A stretch of DNA of 64,000 nucleotides from Bythopirellula sp. (GCA_965216565.1 OZ244170.1:4288001-4352000), one strand, 5' to 3'. Shown: positions 9,522 through 19,719, counted from the stretch's first letter. The notes: a model not told the origin generated them from the sequence alone. Translations and numbers: made by a program.

Positions 9522-10841
9522 CTACTGCCCGGCTACATCGACGACCGGTCCTCGGATCTTAGACTGTTGGTGTTCAGCCAAGTCGACGATCTCCGACTCC
9601 GATTTACGATCCTTGGGCTGCCACAACTCGACTACAGGACGCGCATACTGTTCGCGATGGGCACGAAGAACTCGTCCAATTCGTCCATCTTTCAGTTCAA
9701 GATAGGATCCAATTGGATAAAGAGAAACCGTCTTGAGCAAGGCCCGGACGGCAGCACTGTCGAATTTGCCTTCTCGGACACCATGTAATAGATGGACTGC
9801 AGCAAAGTGAGGCATCATTGGGGGTCGGTGTGGACGCTGCGAGACCAGGGCAACAAACACATCAGCCACAGCAGCCACTTTAGCGGCTTCGTGAATCGCC
9901 GCCGCGCGGCGATTCCTGGGGTAGCCCGACCCATCGCAACGTTCATGGATTTGATAGGCCACCAAACGACTCAGGGGCGGAATGATGTGAGTGTTCGCTT
10001 CGAGAATCTCAAAGGTATGTAACGGATGCAACGCGACGGCGGCAAATTCTTTGGCCCCGAGGACCTTTTGGGAGTCGCGTATCTCTTGGGGGACACGCGA
10101 CATGCCAATGTCGTGCAATAGACAGCCCATGCCCAATTCGAGAATAGTTTTTTCATCCCAACCGAGCGTGACGCCGAGCGACGCAGCGAGCATGGCAACG
10201 TGGTAATTGTGCTTGCCGACAAACTGAGCTTCGCCCACGGTGATTCCCAGCTTGACAAAGAGATCCATATCCTCGGCCACCTGGGAGAGTGAATCCCGAG
10301 TAATGGATTGCGTTTGGCCAAGGTCCATCGCATGGCCCTTCTCCAACGAGACGACCAAGTTTTCCACCTGATCGCAAGACTCCTCGTACTGCTTTTCGAA
10401 CAGTTGTTCAGTCGCAGAATCGTAAGGAGTTACCCCATGCTCCTTCACCTGCTTAAGAAAGGCTGGGCCGGTGGTTTTGATGGATAGATTGCCGGGCCTG
10501 GTGATCTGTTGATCGAGTTGTTTGCTGACCTCTGTTTCATAGTCGCACGTGACTTTGCCATGGGCAGGCAGTGGGACAGAGTCATTCTCGCGAACAGTTT
10601 TTTCAACCTTGGGCTGCGGAGGAGTTTTCTTTTGCTCAGATGGCCGGATGTTTTTTGCAATTTCAAACGGCGCGTTATTGAGCAAAACGCCGTGATGTCG
10701 AGTATCGCACTGAGTGCAGTGCCAATACTCCCCCTCTTCGCTAATGGGGGCTGGCTCGATGGGGAGCATCAGGCGGCAGGCAACGCAGGGAGAACCTGTT
10801 TGCACCTCGCCTGCTGAGGAGTCCGTGGTAGCGGTTGGCAT
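9522..10841 (-). CDS. HD-GYP cyclic dinucleotide phosphodiesterase with an N-terminal C4 zinc ribbon
   Basis: LLHDIG, HERCDGSGYP, AVADVFVAL..RPHR; N-terminal CVAC...CTQC. Confidence 0.88.
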   Translation of the reverse strand: MPTATTDSSAGEVQTGSPCVACRLMLPIEPAPISEEGEYWHCTQCDTRHHGVLLNNAPFEIAKNIRPSEQKKTPPQPKVEKTVRENDSVPLPAHGKVTCDYETEVSKQLDQQITRPGNLSIKTTGPAFLKQVKEHGVTPYDSATEQLFEKQYEESCDQVENLVVSLEKGHAMDLGQTQSITRDSLSQVAEDMDLFVKLGITVGEAQFVGKHNYHVAMLAASLGVTLGWDEKTILELGMGCLLHDIGMSRVPQEIRDSQKVLGAKEFAAVALHPLHTFEILEANTHIIPPLSRLVAYQIHERCDGSGYPRNRRAAAIHEAAKVAAVADVFVALVSQRPHRPPMMPHFAAVHLLHGVREGKFDSAAVRALLKTVSLYPIGSYLELKDGRIGRVLRAHREQYARPVVELWQPKDRKSESEIVDLAEHQQSKIRGPVVDVAGQ

Positions 10842-11041
10842 ATGCCTGACTTCCGGTTGTCAAAATCTTGAGCTGCGAATTTAATGTAGAGTCTTTAGAA
10901 CCATACGTTTTGATCGGAGTCCTGGCTGAAGAACTAGCACTGAAATGGTGCGAGAGTGTGATTGTCCGTACCTCTAAGGAGTGGGCTTAAGGAGGTTTCG
11001 GCGGGTTGTGATCGTGCTGAGGACAGTTCCGATTGTGCAAA

Positions 11042-11581
11042 TTAGCGATCTTCGATATCGCTCTTCCGGCTTTTTTTCACGATCCCGAACAGATGGCCCT
11101 GATGGTCTCCCCCAGTCCAGAAACCCGCGTAGTGATCGGCGTAGATCATCACTCGTGCTGAGTAGGTGCCTAGTCCTGGAAAGCCCATTTTATCGACGCA
11201 AATTACCGGCGTATCGCCTGCCCAGCGCACAGGCAGTGTTAGCGGTAGAGTGACATCGTGATCTCCGTACCGAATGCGAGCTTGGAACAGCCAAAACTCG
11301 CCTTTCACATGCATCACACCTTGCAGTTCGTACTCTTCTGTTGAAAGCTCTGTCTCTTTCTCGCCTGATATAGAAAAGTGCCCTGATAGCGTTACTCCGG
11401 AGAGTTGTTTCGCAAAAAGCTCGTTGCGTTCCATCTCGCTTAGCACCGAAGTGGATGGCGATTGTGCTACGGAATCGTCATGCTCAGGCTGAGCAATGGC
11501 CATGTAAGCTATCCCAGTTAAAGGTAAGGCAAACAGAACAACGAGAAGGAATTGGCTGGCATCTCTAATTGGCTTGTGCAT
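11042..11581 (-). CDS. Secreted or membrane-anchored conserved hypothetical protein
   Basis: 179-aa ORF with a good RBS (GAGGAG); N-terminal hydrophobic helix; VRWAGDTPVI, GLGTYSARV. Confidence 0.75.
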   Translation of the reverse strand: MHKPIRDASQFLLVVLFALPLTGIAYMAIAQPEHDDSVAQSPSTSVLSEMERNELFAKQLSGVTLSGHFSISGEKETELSTEEYELQGVMHVKGEFWLFQARIRYGDHDVTLPLTLPVRWAGDTPVICVDKMGFPGLGTYSARVMIYADHYAGFWTGGDHQGHLFGIVKKSRKSDIEDR

Positions 11582-11671
11582 AGATTTCTCCTCTTCCGTT
11601 AATATCGCACAATGACGGTTCCAGTAGATAGTGGAGTGACCAATATTCTACGCACATAGAGGCCAGCGCAC

Positions 11672-11704
11672 AAAAAAGACCTCAGTCCACAAGGGCCAAG
11701 GTCT
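11672..11704 (-). terminator. Rho-independent terminator of the 11731-12237 gene
   Basis: Minus strand AGACCTTGGCCC-TTGT-GGACTGAGGTCT followed by TTTTT. Confidence 0.65.
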
Positions 11705-11730
11705 GCCGAAGTTTCAGTCGATCGCAGCGT

Positions 11731-12237
11731 CTAACGCAAGCCAGGGTAGTAATTTCCTAAATTCATAAACTGTGAACTGGAACCGGTCGTTGGCATGCTC
11801 TGCACCGAGGTTCTGGACAATTCGGTATTTACCCTAGCGGTGCGAACCTGCTGACGTAGTTTTCTGATCTCCGCCTGCTGAGATTCCACGCTCTGCTGTT
11901 GTTCTCGTTGAGGCTTGTAAAATGCATAGTAGTTGGGAAGAGCGGTTCCCTCGTCAGTCACGAGGCCGAGTGAAAGATAAGGGCTGATTGTTGGTTGGCG
12001 TGAGACGTTTTGAAATGGTTTGCCACGCGCCGCAACGTTAACTGTTTGGCTTACGGGCCCAGCTAGTCTGCCTGTGGTAGGTTGCTGACGCGAACTGCCT
12101 CCTCCAAAGTAGGTGCTGGCTGCAGTTCGATATCCATTCTGCGCTAAAACATGTTCCGCCGAGATGGTTGTGAATAAGCAGATTGCGAAAAGGCAGGAGG
12201 ATCGTTTTAGGAGCTCGTTGTTCGGTAGGCGGTTCAT
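11731..12237 (-). CDS. Secreted planctomycete-type hypothetical protein
   Basis: Signal peptide; PTISPYLSL...PNYY...TG..SQFMN..NYYP pattern. Confidence 0.75.
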   Translation of the reverse strand: MNRLPNNELLKRSSCLFAICLFTTISAEHVLAQNGYRTAASTYFGGGSSRQQPTTGRLAGPVSQTVNVAARGKPFQNVSRQPTISPYLSLGLVTDEGTALPNYYAFYKPQREQQQSVESQQAEIRKLRQQVRTARVNTELSRTSVQSMPTTGSSSQFMNLGNYYPGLR

Positions 12238-12437
12238 TTAATCGTCCACTCTAGGCATAGGTGATTTAGAGAGCATTGGGCTCATAGCCTGTTTAATCGG
12301 CAAAGTTTGACATGCACCTTGTGCCTAAGTTCGGAATGCTGGCATGGACTCGTTGTCTTGTAATTCAAGACTCATCATCGATTTGCTAGCACAGCAGAGC
12401 ATCTAGGCTCGCAGAATTCATTTATGTCCTATTCCAT

Positions 12438-12501
12438 AAAACCCCGATAAAAGCAGTCAGAAGTGGGTTTACTTGACTTTCCTGACCAAATTACTTATGA
12501 T
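12438..12501 (+). promoter_or_regulatory. Sigma70 promoter of cysH-rrf2 overlapped by two IscR/CymR-type boxes
   Basis: TTGACT(12473)-17 nt-TATGAT(12496); CCCGATAAAAGCAGTCAG and CCTGACCAAATTACTTATG resemble Rrf2 (IscR type-1) sites. Confidence 0.6.
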
Positions 12502-12585
12502 TGGTAGCCGATGACGATTCCTTGCCGAGTAAAGTCCAGCCGAAGCGGCGAAGAAGCCCAGAGTCCTTTAAGAGTTTACAGACCA

Positions 12586-13380
12586 ATGGATACTGCCACC
12601 GCCGATACCCAAGCGAGCGAAGTTAACACCAGTCGCCCCGCGGCACCGCCACTGGAGCCAACGCCCGAATTCCTCGCTGAACTTGCCGAGCAAAGTGCCA
12701 AGCTCGAGACAGCGACTCCGGAGGAGATCATTGCCTGGGGTCGAGAACGTTATGCTCCGCACTTGGCAATGGCGACCGCCTTCGGCCCCGAGGGTTGCTT
12801 GATTCTATCGATGCTCGCCAAAGCGGCACCGGACACCTATGTATTTAACCTCGATACGGGTTACCAGTTCCAGCAGACGCTTGATCTGCGAGATCGCATT
12901 GCCGAGAAGTACGGTATCGAGGCCGTGATGCTGCAGCCCGAGTTGACGGTACCGGAATACGAAGCAAAGCATGGCGGCCCGCTTTATAAAACCAACCCCA
13001 CGCAATGCTGCTTTGATCGCAAGATCAAAGTTCTTCAGCAGGCAGCCGAAGGCCAACACGCCTGGATGAGTGGTATTCGCCGCGACCAAAGTAGTGATCG
13101 CGCCCAAGCACCGATTGCAGGATGGGACAAGAAGTTCAACTTGGTAAAAATTAGCCCCTTAGCCAATTGGACTAAGCAGGATGTGTGGAAGCGGATCGTC
13201 TCGGAAGGTGTCCCCTACAACCCTCTGCACGACCAAGGCTATCCCAGCATTGGCTGCTGGCCTTGCACTCGCGCTGTAGTCGATGGCGATGGAGACGAAC
13301 GTGCCGGTCGCTGGAGTGGCACTGCTAAGACCGAATGCGGGCTGCATTCGATCGAGGAACGAGACGGTAGTGGTATCTAG
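12586..13380 (+). CDS. cysH: APS/PAPS reductase; the CC...CxxC motif suggests the [4Fe-4S] APS-reductase type
   Basis: LDTGY, QCCFDRK, GIRRDQS, GYPSIGCWPCT, RAGRW, KTECGLH. Confidence 0.95.
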   Translation: MDTATADTQASEVNTSRPAAPPLEPTPEFLAELAEQSAKLETATPEEIIAWGRERYAPHLAMATAFGPEGCLILSMLAKAAPDTYVFNLDTGYQFQQTLDLRDRIAEKYGIEAVMLQPELTVPEYEAKHGGPLYKTNPTQCCFDRKIKVLQQAAEGQHAWMSGIRRDQSSDRAQAPIAGWDKKFNLVKISPLANWTKQDVWKRIVSEGVPYNPLHDQGYPSIGCWPCTRAVVDGDGDERAGRWSGTAKTECGLHSIEERDGSGI

Positions 13381-13457
13381 AGAAGAAGCGGCAAAATTCA
13401 ATTGCCCATGGGTGTCTTCTATCATTGCGACACGGCTCTCAAAACTGGATTTCGCAG

Positions 13458-13883
13458 ATGCATCTGACAGCCAAAACTGAATACGCATGCCTGGCGGTGC
13501 TGGAGCTGGCTCAACATTTTGAGGCGGATCGACCTGTCCAATTGCGTTTGGTGGCTGAGCGTCATGGCATTCCTGCTCAGTTCTTGGTGCAAATCTTACA
13601 GGAACTCAAGCGAGCCGGCTTGGTGACTAGCACTCGTGGGTCCTGCGGAGGCTATCGGCTCGCCAGTTCACCTCAAGAGACATCGCTGGCCGAGGTGATT
13701 GACGCGATCGAGGCTTCGGAAGACCCCAATCGCTGTGCCGCAGTCAAGTCTCCCTTAGCACCAGTCTTGATGGAAGTCTGTCATGAGCTGTCGGCCGCAC
13801 GACGCGCGTATCTGGAGGGGATCACGTTATCCGACCTTGTCGAGCGTGCCTGTGCTGGCCAGGATCCGATGTGGTACATCTGA
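13458..13883 (+). CDS. Rrf2-family transcriptional regulator, CymR-like
   Basis: FLVQILQELKRAGLVTSTRGSCGGYRLA; C-terminal MWYI; lacks the IscR three-Cys motif. Confidence 0.88.
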   Translation: MHLTAKTEYACLAVLELAQHFEADRPVQLRLVAERHGIPAQFLVQILQELKRAGLVTSTRGSCGGYRLASSPQETSLAEVIDAIEASEDPNRCAAVKSPLAPVLMEVCHELSAARRAYLEGITLSDLVERACAGQDPMWYI

Positions 13884-13910
13884 GATCCAAGCCTCAAGAA
13901 TCGAGTCTTC

Positions 13911-14198
13911 TCAGTACCCTGGCTGAGAGGGATTGAGATTCTGAAACGATACCTCGCGCGGCATGTCGAGTTGCTCCGCAGCCAGGCGTAGGCAACGTAA
14001 GCCTTCTTTGAAATCACCCACCTGAAACACCAATAGGTGTTCGGTTGGCTCGTCGGCAGTAGGGTCGAATTGACGCAAATAGTTACTATAGATGCCCGCC
14101 GACTCACGCTCCAGAGCGTCGCGCAAAGGTTGGATAAACTGCTCCATGACCTGCTCGGGGTCGAGAGTCGAGCGAAATGATAAGCCGACTTTATCCAT
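13911..14198 (-). CDS. Small hypothetical protein (95 aa)
   Basis: ATG at 14198 after AAGGA, 17 nt downstream of the DinB gene stop; protein-like composition. Confidence 0.6.
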   Translation of the reverse strand: MDKVGLSFRSTLDPEQVMEQFIQPLRDALERESAGIYSNYLRQFDPTADEPTEHLLVFQVGDFKEGLRCLRLAAEQLDMPREVSFQNLNPSQPGY

Positions 14199-14215
14199 AG
14201 GAATCCTTGTGGGCC

Positions 14216-14719
14216 TTAACCCATCAGTGGTGGCCTGCCCAAAGCTCTGCGGGCATCGGCCAGTTGTCCTCGATGCATGTAGGGATGAAACGCTACGGCG
14301 GAGAGCGCCTTGCCATAGGTTCCGAAAAAAGCCTCGCGACCCGGGGGACAATCGGCAGTCGCATTGTCGAGATCTTCATCTGTTAGCTTAGCCAACTGAG
14401 CCAAGGTGTTTTCACGAATTTCATCCCATTTGGCGATGATTTCTGGAATAGAGACGGTGTAAGTTGCAGCTTCATCTGATGGCTCGGTTCCGCGACCAAA
14501 CGAGTCGCCCCACTCAGCAAGTGGATGTGGGGTACCGAACATCAAGGGGCCGGTAAGCGATCCCTCGGAGTAGACCAAGTGACCGGCAATCCAGAGAGGA
14601 TGGTTGCCGCCGTTGGGCGTCGGAGCTGTTAACGGAGCATCGGCCAGATCTTCAAGTAGCGGCACGACCATGCCTTTGGAGGTTTCAATTTGTGCGGCTA
14701 ATAGATCGATAGCTTTCAT
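14216..14719 (-). CDS. DinB/YfiT-like family protein
   Basis: NHPLWIAGHL and FHPYMHRGQL histidine triad. Confidence 0.85.
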   Translation of the reverse strand: MKAIDLLAAQIETSKGMVVPLLEDLADAPLTAPTPNGGNHPLWIAGHLVYSEGSLTGPLMFGTPHPLAEWGDSFGRGTEPSDEAATYTVSIPEIIAKWDEIRENTLAQLAKLTDEDLDNATADCPPGREAFFGTYGKALSAVAFHPYMHRGQLADARRALGRPPLMG

Positions 14720-14863
14720 CTTCGAGAGCCCTCCACTAGATTCAAGATTCATGACCAAGTCACAGATTACTAAGTATATCGCTTAGGCCGTTCGAGGGCA
14801 GCGGGCATAGAAACGCAATCTTGCTCCCAATTTCCACCGAAGCGTACAACACCAAGGCGAACA

Positions 14864-16207
14864 ATGATGAAACAACGCGTCCTTTGCTGGGTACTTGGGT
14901 CTGCCCTATTAGCCGCTCCTAAGGGCTGGGTCGATGCAAAACCAGTGCGCATTCTGAGAGACTTGCCCTACAAGACTGAGGGCTCGCCCTACGAAATGGC
15001 CAAGTGCAAGTTGGATTTGCACCTGCCAATGGACGAGGACAACTTTCCCATAGTGATTTGGCTTCATGGCGGCAGCTTGAAGCATGGTGCGAAAGACGCC
15101 GCGATTGAACAGAAAGTTGCCGCTCGTCTTACCAAATCGGGTGTGGGCTGTGCGAGTATCGACTACCGGCTTAGCCCGCGAGCTAAGTTCCCCGCGGCAG
15201 CGGAGGATGTGGCCGCTGCCGTGGCTTGGGTCCATGGTAGGATCGCTAAACATGGTGGTGATCCGGGAGCGATATTTCTCGGCGGACACTCAGCGGGCGG
15301 ATTCCTTGCCGCTATTGTAAGTAGCGATGCCAAGTATCTTGAAGTCCATGACTTATCGCCGAGCGAATTGTGTGGGGTAATTCCCATCAGCGGCCAGATG
15401 GCAACTCACACAACGATTTTGGAGGAACGTGGTATGGGAAGTGATCCGCGGGTTGTCGACGAAGCAGCACCACTATTTCATGTGAATAGCCCTACTCCAC
15501 CGCAGCTGGTCATTGTGGGTGGTTCCGACTTGCCCGGTCGAGAAGACGTCAATCGCGAATACGTCGCGGCTTTACAGAAAACGGGCAGAACAAACGTTAC
15601 ATTGCTCGTTGTGCCGAAAAGAGATCATCAGTCGATAGTCAACCAGATTCATCAACCGAACGATGAAGTAGCTCGGGCGATCCTGCAATTCGTCACCCAA
15701 CCTCAAGTATTGAAATTAACAAAAGCAGAAATCGGAGATATCAAACCTCTAAGTCGTTTCGGAAACATTTATCTTGGCGGTCAGCCGACACAAGAAGATT
15801 TGGAAGAGCTTTCTAAGCAAGGATTCCAAACGATTATAAATCTGCGTAAGCCCAATGAGATCGCGTGGAGCGAGGCAGATCAGGCCGCACAACTCAAATT
15901 GGAATATATCGCCCTGCCCTTCCAAAGCGCATCAGAACTCACTGACGAGCTGTTCGATTCAGCACTACAAACTCTTAGAAATCGGCAACAGGAGAAGACC
16001 TTATTGCACTGTGGCTCTTCCGTTCGAGTTGGCGCCATCTGGTACGCTTACCGCCGACTGGAACAAGGAGTGTCCCCCGAATTAGCCCTGCAGGAAGCCA
16101 TAATAGTTGGGCTACGCTCGCCGAATCTGCTGGAAGTAGCAGAGAATTATGTGGAGCAGCGAGAATCTTCCAAGTCTGAAGTTCCATCGTCCGATTCGGC
16201 AAGATAG
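14864..16207 (+). CDS. Secreted alpha/beta hydrolase (HSL/BD-FAE-like) fused to a DUF442/Blh phosphatase-like (sulfurtransferase) domain
   Basis: HGGS, IDYRL, GHSAGG; C-terminal YLGGQP, IINLR, LLHCGSSVR. Confidence 0.82.
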   Translation: MMKQRVLCWVLGSALLAAPKGWVDAKPVRILRDLPYKTEGSPYEMAKCKLDLHLPMDEDNFPIVIWLHGGSLKHGAKDAAIEQKVAARLTKSGVGCASIDYRLSPRAKFPAAAEDVAAAVAWVHGRIAKHGGDPGAIFLGGHSAGGFLAAIVSSDAKYLEVHDLSPSELCGVIPISGQMATHTTILEERGMGSDPRVVDEAAPLFHVNSPTPPQLVIVGGSDLPGREDVNREYVAALQKTGRTNVTLLVVPKRDHQSIVNQIHQPNDEVARAILQFVTQPQVLKLTKAEIGDIKPLSRFGNIYLGGQPTQEDLEELSKQGFQTIINLRKPNEIAWSEADQAAQLKLEYIALPFQSASELTDELFDSALQTLRNRQQEKTLLHCGSSVRVGAIWYAYRRLEQGVSPELALQEAIIVGLRSPNLLEVAENYVEQRESSKSEVPSSDSAR

Positions 16208-16259
16208 ATTATTAATAGTAGGAATTAGCAAAAGCCAGAATAGTTGCAGGAGTCGTATT

Positions 16260-16502
16260 ATGGTTGTTCGCGGACATGTCGAGGAAGGTCGCATCGTCTT
16301 AGACGAGGAAGCACCTCTCAAGGAAGGGATGAAGGTGCGCATAGAACTACTTGCTGAAACCACAACCAATGGTGAAAACGAGTCCGCGGAGTCCTCGTTG
16401 TACGATCGAATGAAGGAGTTTGTCGGCTCCGTTGAAGGGCTGCCAGCAGACGCGGCTGAGAACCACGATCATTATTTACATGGCCAGCCCAAGCGGCAGT
16501 AA
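16260..16502 (+). CDS. Putative antitoxin (DUF104/AF2212-like)
   Basis: MVVRGHVEEGRIVL..LKEGMKVRI; C-terminal DAAENHDHYL; directly upstream of a PIN gene. Confidence 0.75.
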   Translation: MVVRGHVEEGRIVLDEEAPLKEGMKVRIELLAETTTNGENESAESSLYDRMKEFVGSVEGLPADAAENHDHYLHGQPKRQ

Positions 16503-16503
16503 A

Positions 16504-16899
16504 ATGATTTTCGCGGATACCTACTACTTTCTGGCTATAGGCAACAGCAAAGATCAGGGTCATCAGACCTCAATTGAATTTGCAAAAAACTACTCAGGTT
16601 CACTCTTGACGACTGAGTGGGTGCTTACAGAAGTTGGTGATGCACTTTCTGGAACGAGTCAAAGAGAGAGGTTCATAGCACTTCTGGAGATGCTCTCCAG
16701 GGATAGTTTATGGACTGTCGAACATGCCACTCACGAGTTCTTTGAAAAAGCGGTCGAACTCTTCGCAAATCGAATTGACAAGTCCTGGTCGCTTACGGAT
16801 TGTGCTTCGTTTGTCCTAATGCAGGAGAAAGGCATCAAACAGGCTCTCACGGCGGATCGACATTTTCAACAGGCAGGTTTCGAGGCCTTATTGGCATGA
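16504..16899 (+). CDS. vapC: VapC-family PIN-domain toxin
   Basis: IFADT, TEWVLTE, WSLTDCASF, ALTADRHFQQAGF. Confidence 0.9.
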   Translation: MIFADTYYFLAIGNSKDQGHQTSIEFAKNYSGSLLTTEWVLTEVGDALSGTSQRERFIALLEMLSRDSLWTVEHATHEFFEKAVELFANRIDKSWSLTDCASFVLMQEKGIKQALTADRHFQQAGFEALLA

Positions 16900-16908
16900 G
16901 GTTAGACC

Positions 16909-17751
16909 GTGCAGGTGACATGCGAAAAATGCGATAAGTCTTATCTGGTACCAGATATTCACGGAGGGCTCGTTGCCAGATGCTCATCGTGTGATCATCG
17001 AATGGTTTTGCCAATTAGAGACGAAGAAAAGCTACTAGAGTGGGCTTGGTCTTCGGAGTGGAATCGATTGTTCAGTTTTCAAACGGGTGGTGGAGCTGGA
17101 GGGCACCGTCCAGAAGTGATCGACGAGTTGATCAGAATCTTTGAGAAGCGAAGAGCTATTGAGGCAGAGAAGTGTCGCCTGGACAGAGAAATCAAGGTGG
17201 CTGCAGATATAAAACCTTCCCAATGTTCGCCAACTCAATCCGAGTCGAGTAACGAAACTCGAAAGACGCCAAGAACTTTCACGAAGATCGAGGATTTACT
17301 CACACTTACACCTATCGAATTTGAACTGTTAATCGCTGGTCTTTTCAGTTGCCAGGGCTTCGAGGCATTTGCAGTGGGTGGAGCACACGATGGTGGAATT
17401 GACGTTCGGATGCTCACTCCGAATGGCAAGACGCTGTGGGGTGTGGCTCAATGTAAAAGATACTCGCCCAATCGACCCTTGGGTCCCGGAACTATCAGGG
17501 CTTTTCACGGAGCGTTCACACAGACTGTAGCAAAACTCGGATATGTTATTACGACTAGTCAGTTCACACCTTCGGCACGTGCAGCAGCGGAATCACTTTC
17601 ATGGCTAAGTTTGCTTGATGGTAGTGAGTTGCTTAAGCTCATTAGACATGTTGAAATAACCAGAGGAATCTCGATTAATCGAGATACTTACAGTCCCACG
17701 AAGGCTGAGCTTGAACTGCCAGAATCGCTATCAGATTCGAGCGAAGTTTAA
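16909..17751 (+). CDS. Mrr-like restriction endonuclease (Mrr_cat) with an N-terminal zinc ribbon
   Basis: CEKC...CSSC; LTPIEFELLIAGLF, DGGIDV, AQCKRY, ITTSQFT. Confidence 0.8.
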   Translation: MQVTCEKCDKSYLVPDIHGGLVARCSSCDHRMVLPIRDEEKLLEWAWSSEWNRLFSFQTGGGAGGHRPEVIDELIRIFEKRRAIEAEKCRLDREIKVAADIKPSQCSPTQSESSNETRKTPRTFTKIEDLLTLTPIEFELLIAGLFSCQGFEAFAVGGAHDGGIDVRMLTPNGKTLWGVAQCKRYSPNRPLGPGTIRAFHGAFTQTVAKLGYVITTSQFTPSARAAAESLSWLSLLDGSELLKLIRHVEITRGISINRDTYSPTKAELELPESLSDSSEV

Positions 17752-17775
17752 ACTAATTAGTGAAGTAAACAAGGA

Positions 17776-19719
17776 TTAGCTCTTCACAACACCCTTTTCA
17801 TCGAGCAGGTTCATGATCCGCTCGAGGCACTCATCTACGTCAATTTCGTGAGTGCCAAGCACCAGGTCGGCAGCGGACGGTTCTTCGTAGTCGGCACTGA
17901 CGCCGGGGAAGTTGGCGATTTCGCCTTTGTCTGCTGCTACATAATGTCCCTCTTGATCACGGCTGCGGCAAACGTCGACTGGGGCGTTCAAATGTACGAC
18001 GAAGAAGCGTTCTTCGCCCACAACCTCCGCGGCTCGTTGGCGAACTTCTTCACGTGGAGCAAGGAAGGCAGCGATACATACTAGGCCGGCGTCGTTAATC
18101 ATCTTGGCGACTTCCGCACTGCGGCGTAAATTCTCGCTGCGATCATCTGCCGTAAAGTCCAAGTCTTTGCTAATGCCACGGCGGACGTTTTGTCCGTCGA
18201 GAACCGTGCAAGCACGTCCCAGATCGAAGAGCTTCCGTTCTAGCCCATAAGCTAGGGTCGTTTTTCCCGAACCGGCCAACCCTGTGAGCAAAATCGTGGC
18301 CGGTTTTTGGCCATAGCGAGCTTCGCGTTCTTCTGCCGTCACATTACTGCGTTCGGCGTGCAAGGTTTCGCTGGCTTGGTCGTCCCAGTGATCGGTCTTG
18401 TCACCAGCAGATCGTTGCAGAATCATGCCCGCACCGACGGTAACGTTCGAGATCCTATCGATAATGATAAAAGACCCGGTCCCGTGATTGCCTCGATAGC
18501 CATCGAATGCGACCGGTTGATTGAGTTGCACGTGACAACGCCCGATTTCGTTGAGACCAAGTGTCGGGGCATCTTTGCGATGCAACGAGTTGACGTCGAT
18601 CTGGTAGCGGAGCGTTGTCACCGAGCCAGTTACAAGCTTGGATGCCTGCTTGATCATGTACTGCTTACCAGGTACTAGTGGCTCGTCTGACATCCAAACC
18701 ACCGTTGCATCAAAGGCATCGGATATCTGTGGAACGTTATCGGGACGCACTAGCATGTCGCCTCGGCTGACGTCGATTTCATCTTCCAGCGTCAGAGTGA
18801 CCGCCAATGGCGTAAATGCTTCGTCGAGTTCACCGTCATACGTGACGATAGATTTTACCTTGCTCGTTTTTCGCGATGGCAGGACCATCACGTCATCGCC
18901 CCGACGGACTCGGCCCGACGCCAGTGTGCCGCAAAAACCGCGGAAGTTTAGATCGGGTCGGTTCACGTACTGCACGGGAAATCGCATGTCGATCAGATTG
19001 CGGTCCGAGGCAATGTGTACGTTCTCCAGGAGATGCATCAAAGTGCCGCCCTCATACCACGGCATCTCCTCGGTGGCTTGGTCGACAACATTGAGCCCCA
19101 GTAGTGCACTCATGGGCACGAAGTGCAGGTCGCCCATGTCGAGTCGCGTGGCGAAGTCGATGTACTCGCTCCGCAGTTCGTCGAATCGCTCTTGGGAATA
19201 GTCGACCAAATCCATTTTGTTCACTGCGACGATCACATGCTTGATGCCCAGCAGCGAAACGATAAAGCTGTGCCGCTTGGTTTGCGTGAGTACGCCGTGA
19301 TCTTCGCGGGCATCGATCAAAATGATGGCCAGATCGCAAGTGCTGGCGCCTGTGGCCATGTTGCGTGTGTATTGTTCGTGGCCGGGCGTGTCGGCAATGA
19401 TGAACTTGCGTTTGGCCGTGGAAAAATACCGATAGGCCACATCGATGGTAATACCCTGCTCGCGTTCAGCTTTCAGCCCGTCGGTCAGTAATGCGGGATC
19501 GAAGTCTCCTCCGACCGAGCCCAGCGTGACCGAATCCTTTTCAATCGCGGCGAGCTGATCTTCGTAGATCATCTTCGAATCGTACAGCAGGCGACCAATC
19601 AGTGTGCTCTTCCCGTCATCGACGCTACCACAGGTAAGAAAGCGGAGCAGTTCTTTGTGCTCGTGCTGCTTGAGATAGGCGTCAATATCAGTGGCGATTA
19701 GTTCAGATTTATGACTCAT
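17776..19719 (-). CDS. cysNC: Bifunctional sulfate adenylyltransferase large subunit / APS kinase
   Basis: [25 protein letters not shown]-terminal [17 protein letters not shown]. Confidence 0.97.
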   Translation of the reverse strand: MSHKSELIATDIDAYLKQHEHKELLRFLTCGSVDDGKSTLIGRLLYDSKMIYEDQLAAIEKDSVTLGSVGGDFDPALLTDGLKAEREQGITIDVAYRYFSTAKRKFIIADTPGHEQYTRNMATGASTCDLAIILIDAREDHGVLTQTKRHSFIVSLLGIKHVIVAVNKMDLVDYSQERFDELRSEYIDFATRLDMGDLHFVPMSALLGLNVVDQATEEMPWYEGGTLMHLLENVHIASDRNLIDMRFPVQYVNRPDLNFRGFCGTLASGRVRRGDDVMVLPSRKTSKVKSIVTYDGELDEAFTPLAVTLTLEDEIDVSRGDMLVRPDNVPQISDAFDATVVWMSDEPLVPGKQYMIKQASKLVTGSVTTLRYQIDVNSLHRKDAPTLGLNEIGRCHVQLNQPVAFDGYRGNHGTGSFIIIDRISNVTVGAGMILQRSAGDKTDHWDDQASETLHAERSNVTAEEREARYGQKPATILLTGLAGSGKTTLAYGLERKLFDLGRACTVLDGQNVRRGISKDLDFTADDRSENLRRSAEVAKMINDAGLVCIAAFLAPREEVRQRAAEVVGEERFFVVHLNAPVDVCRSRDQEGHYVAADKGEIANFPGVSADYEEPSAADLVLGTHEIDVDECLERIMNLLDEKGVVKS

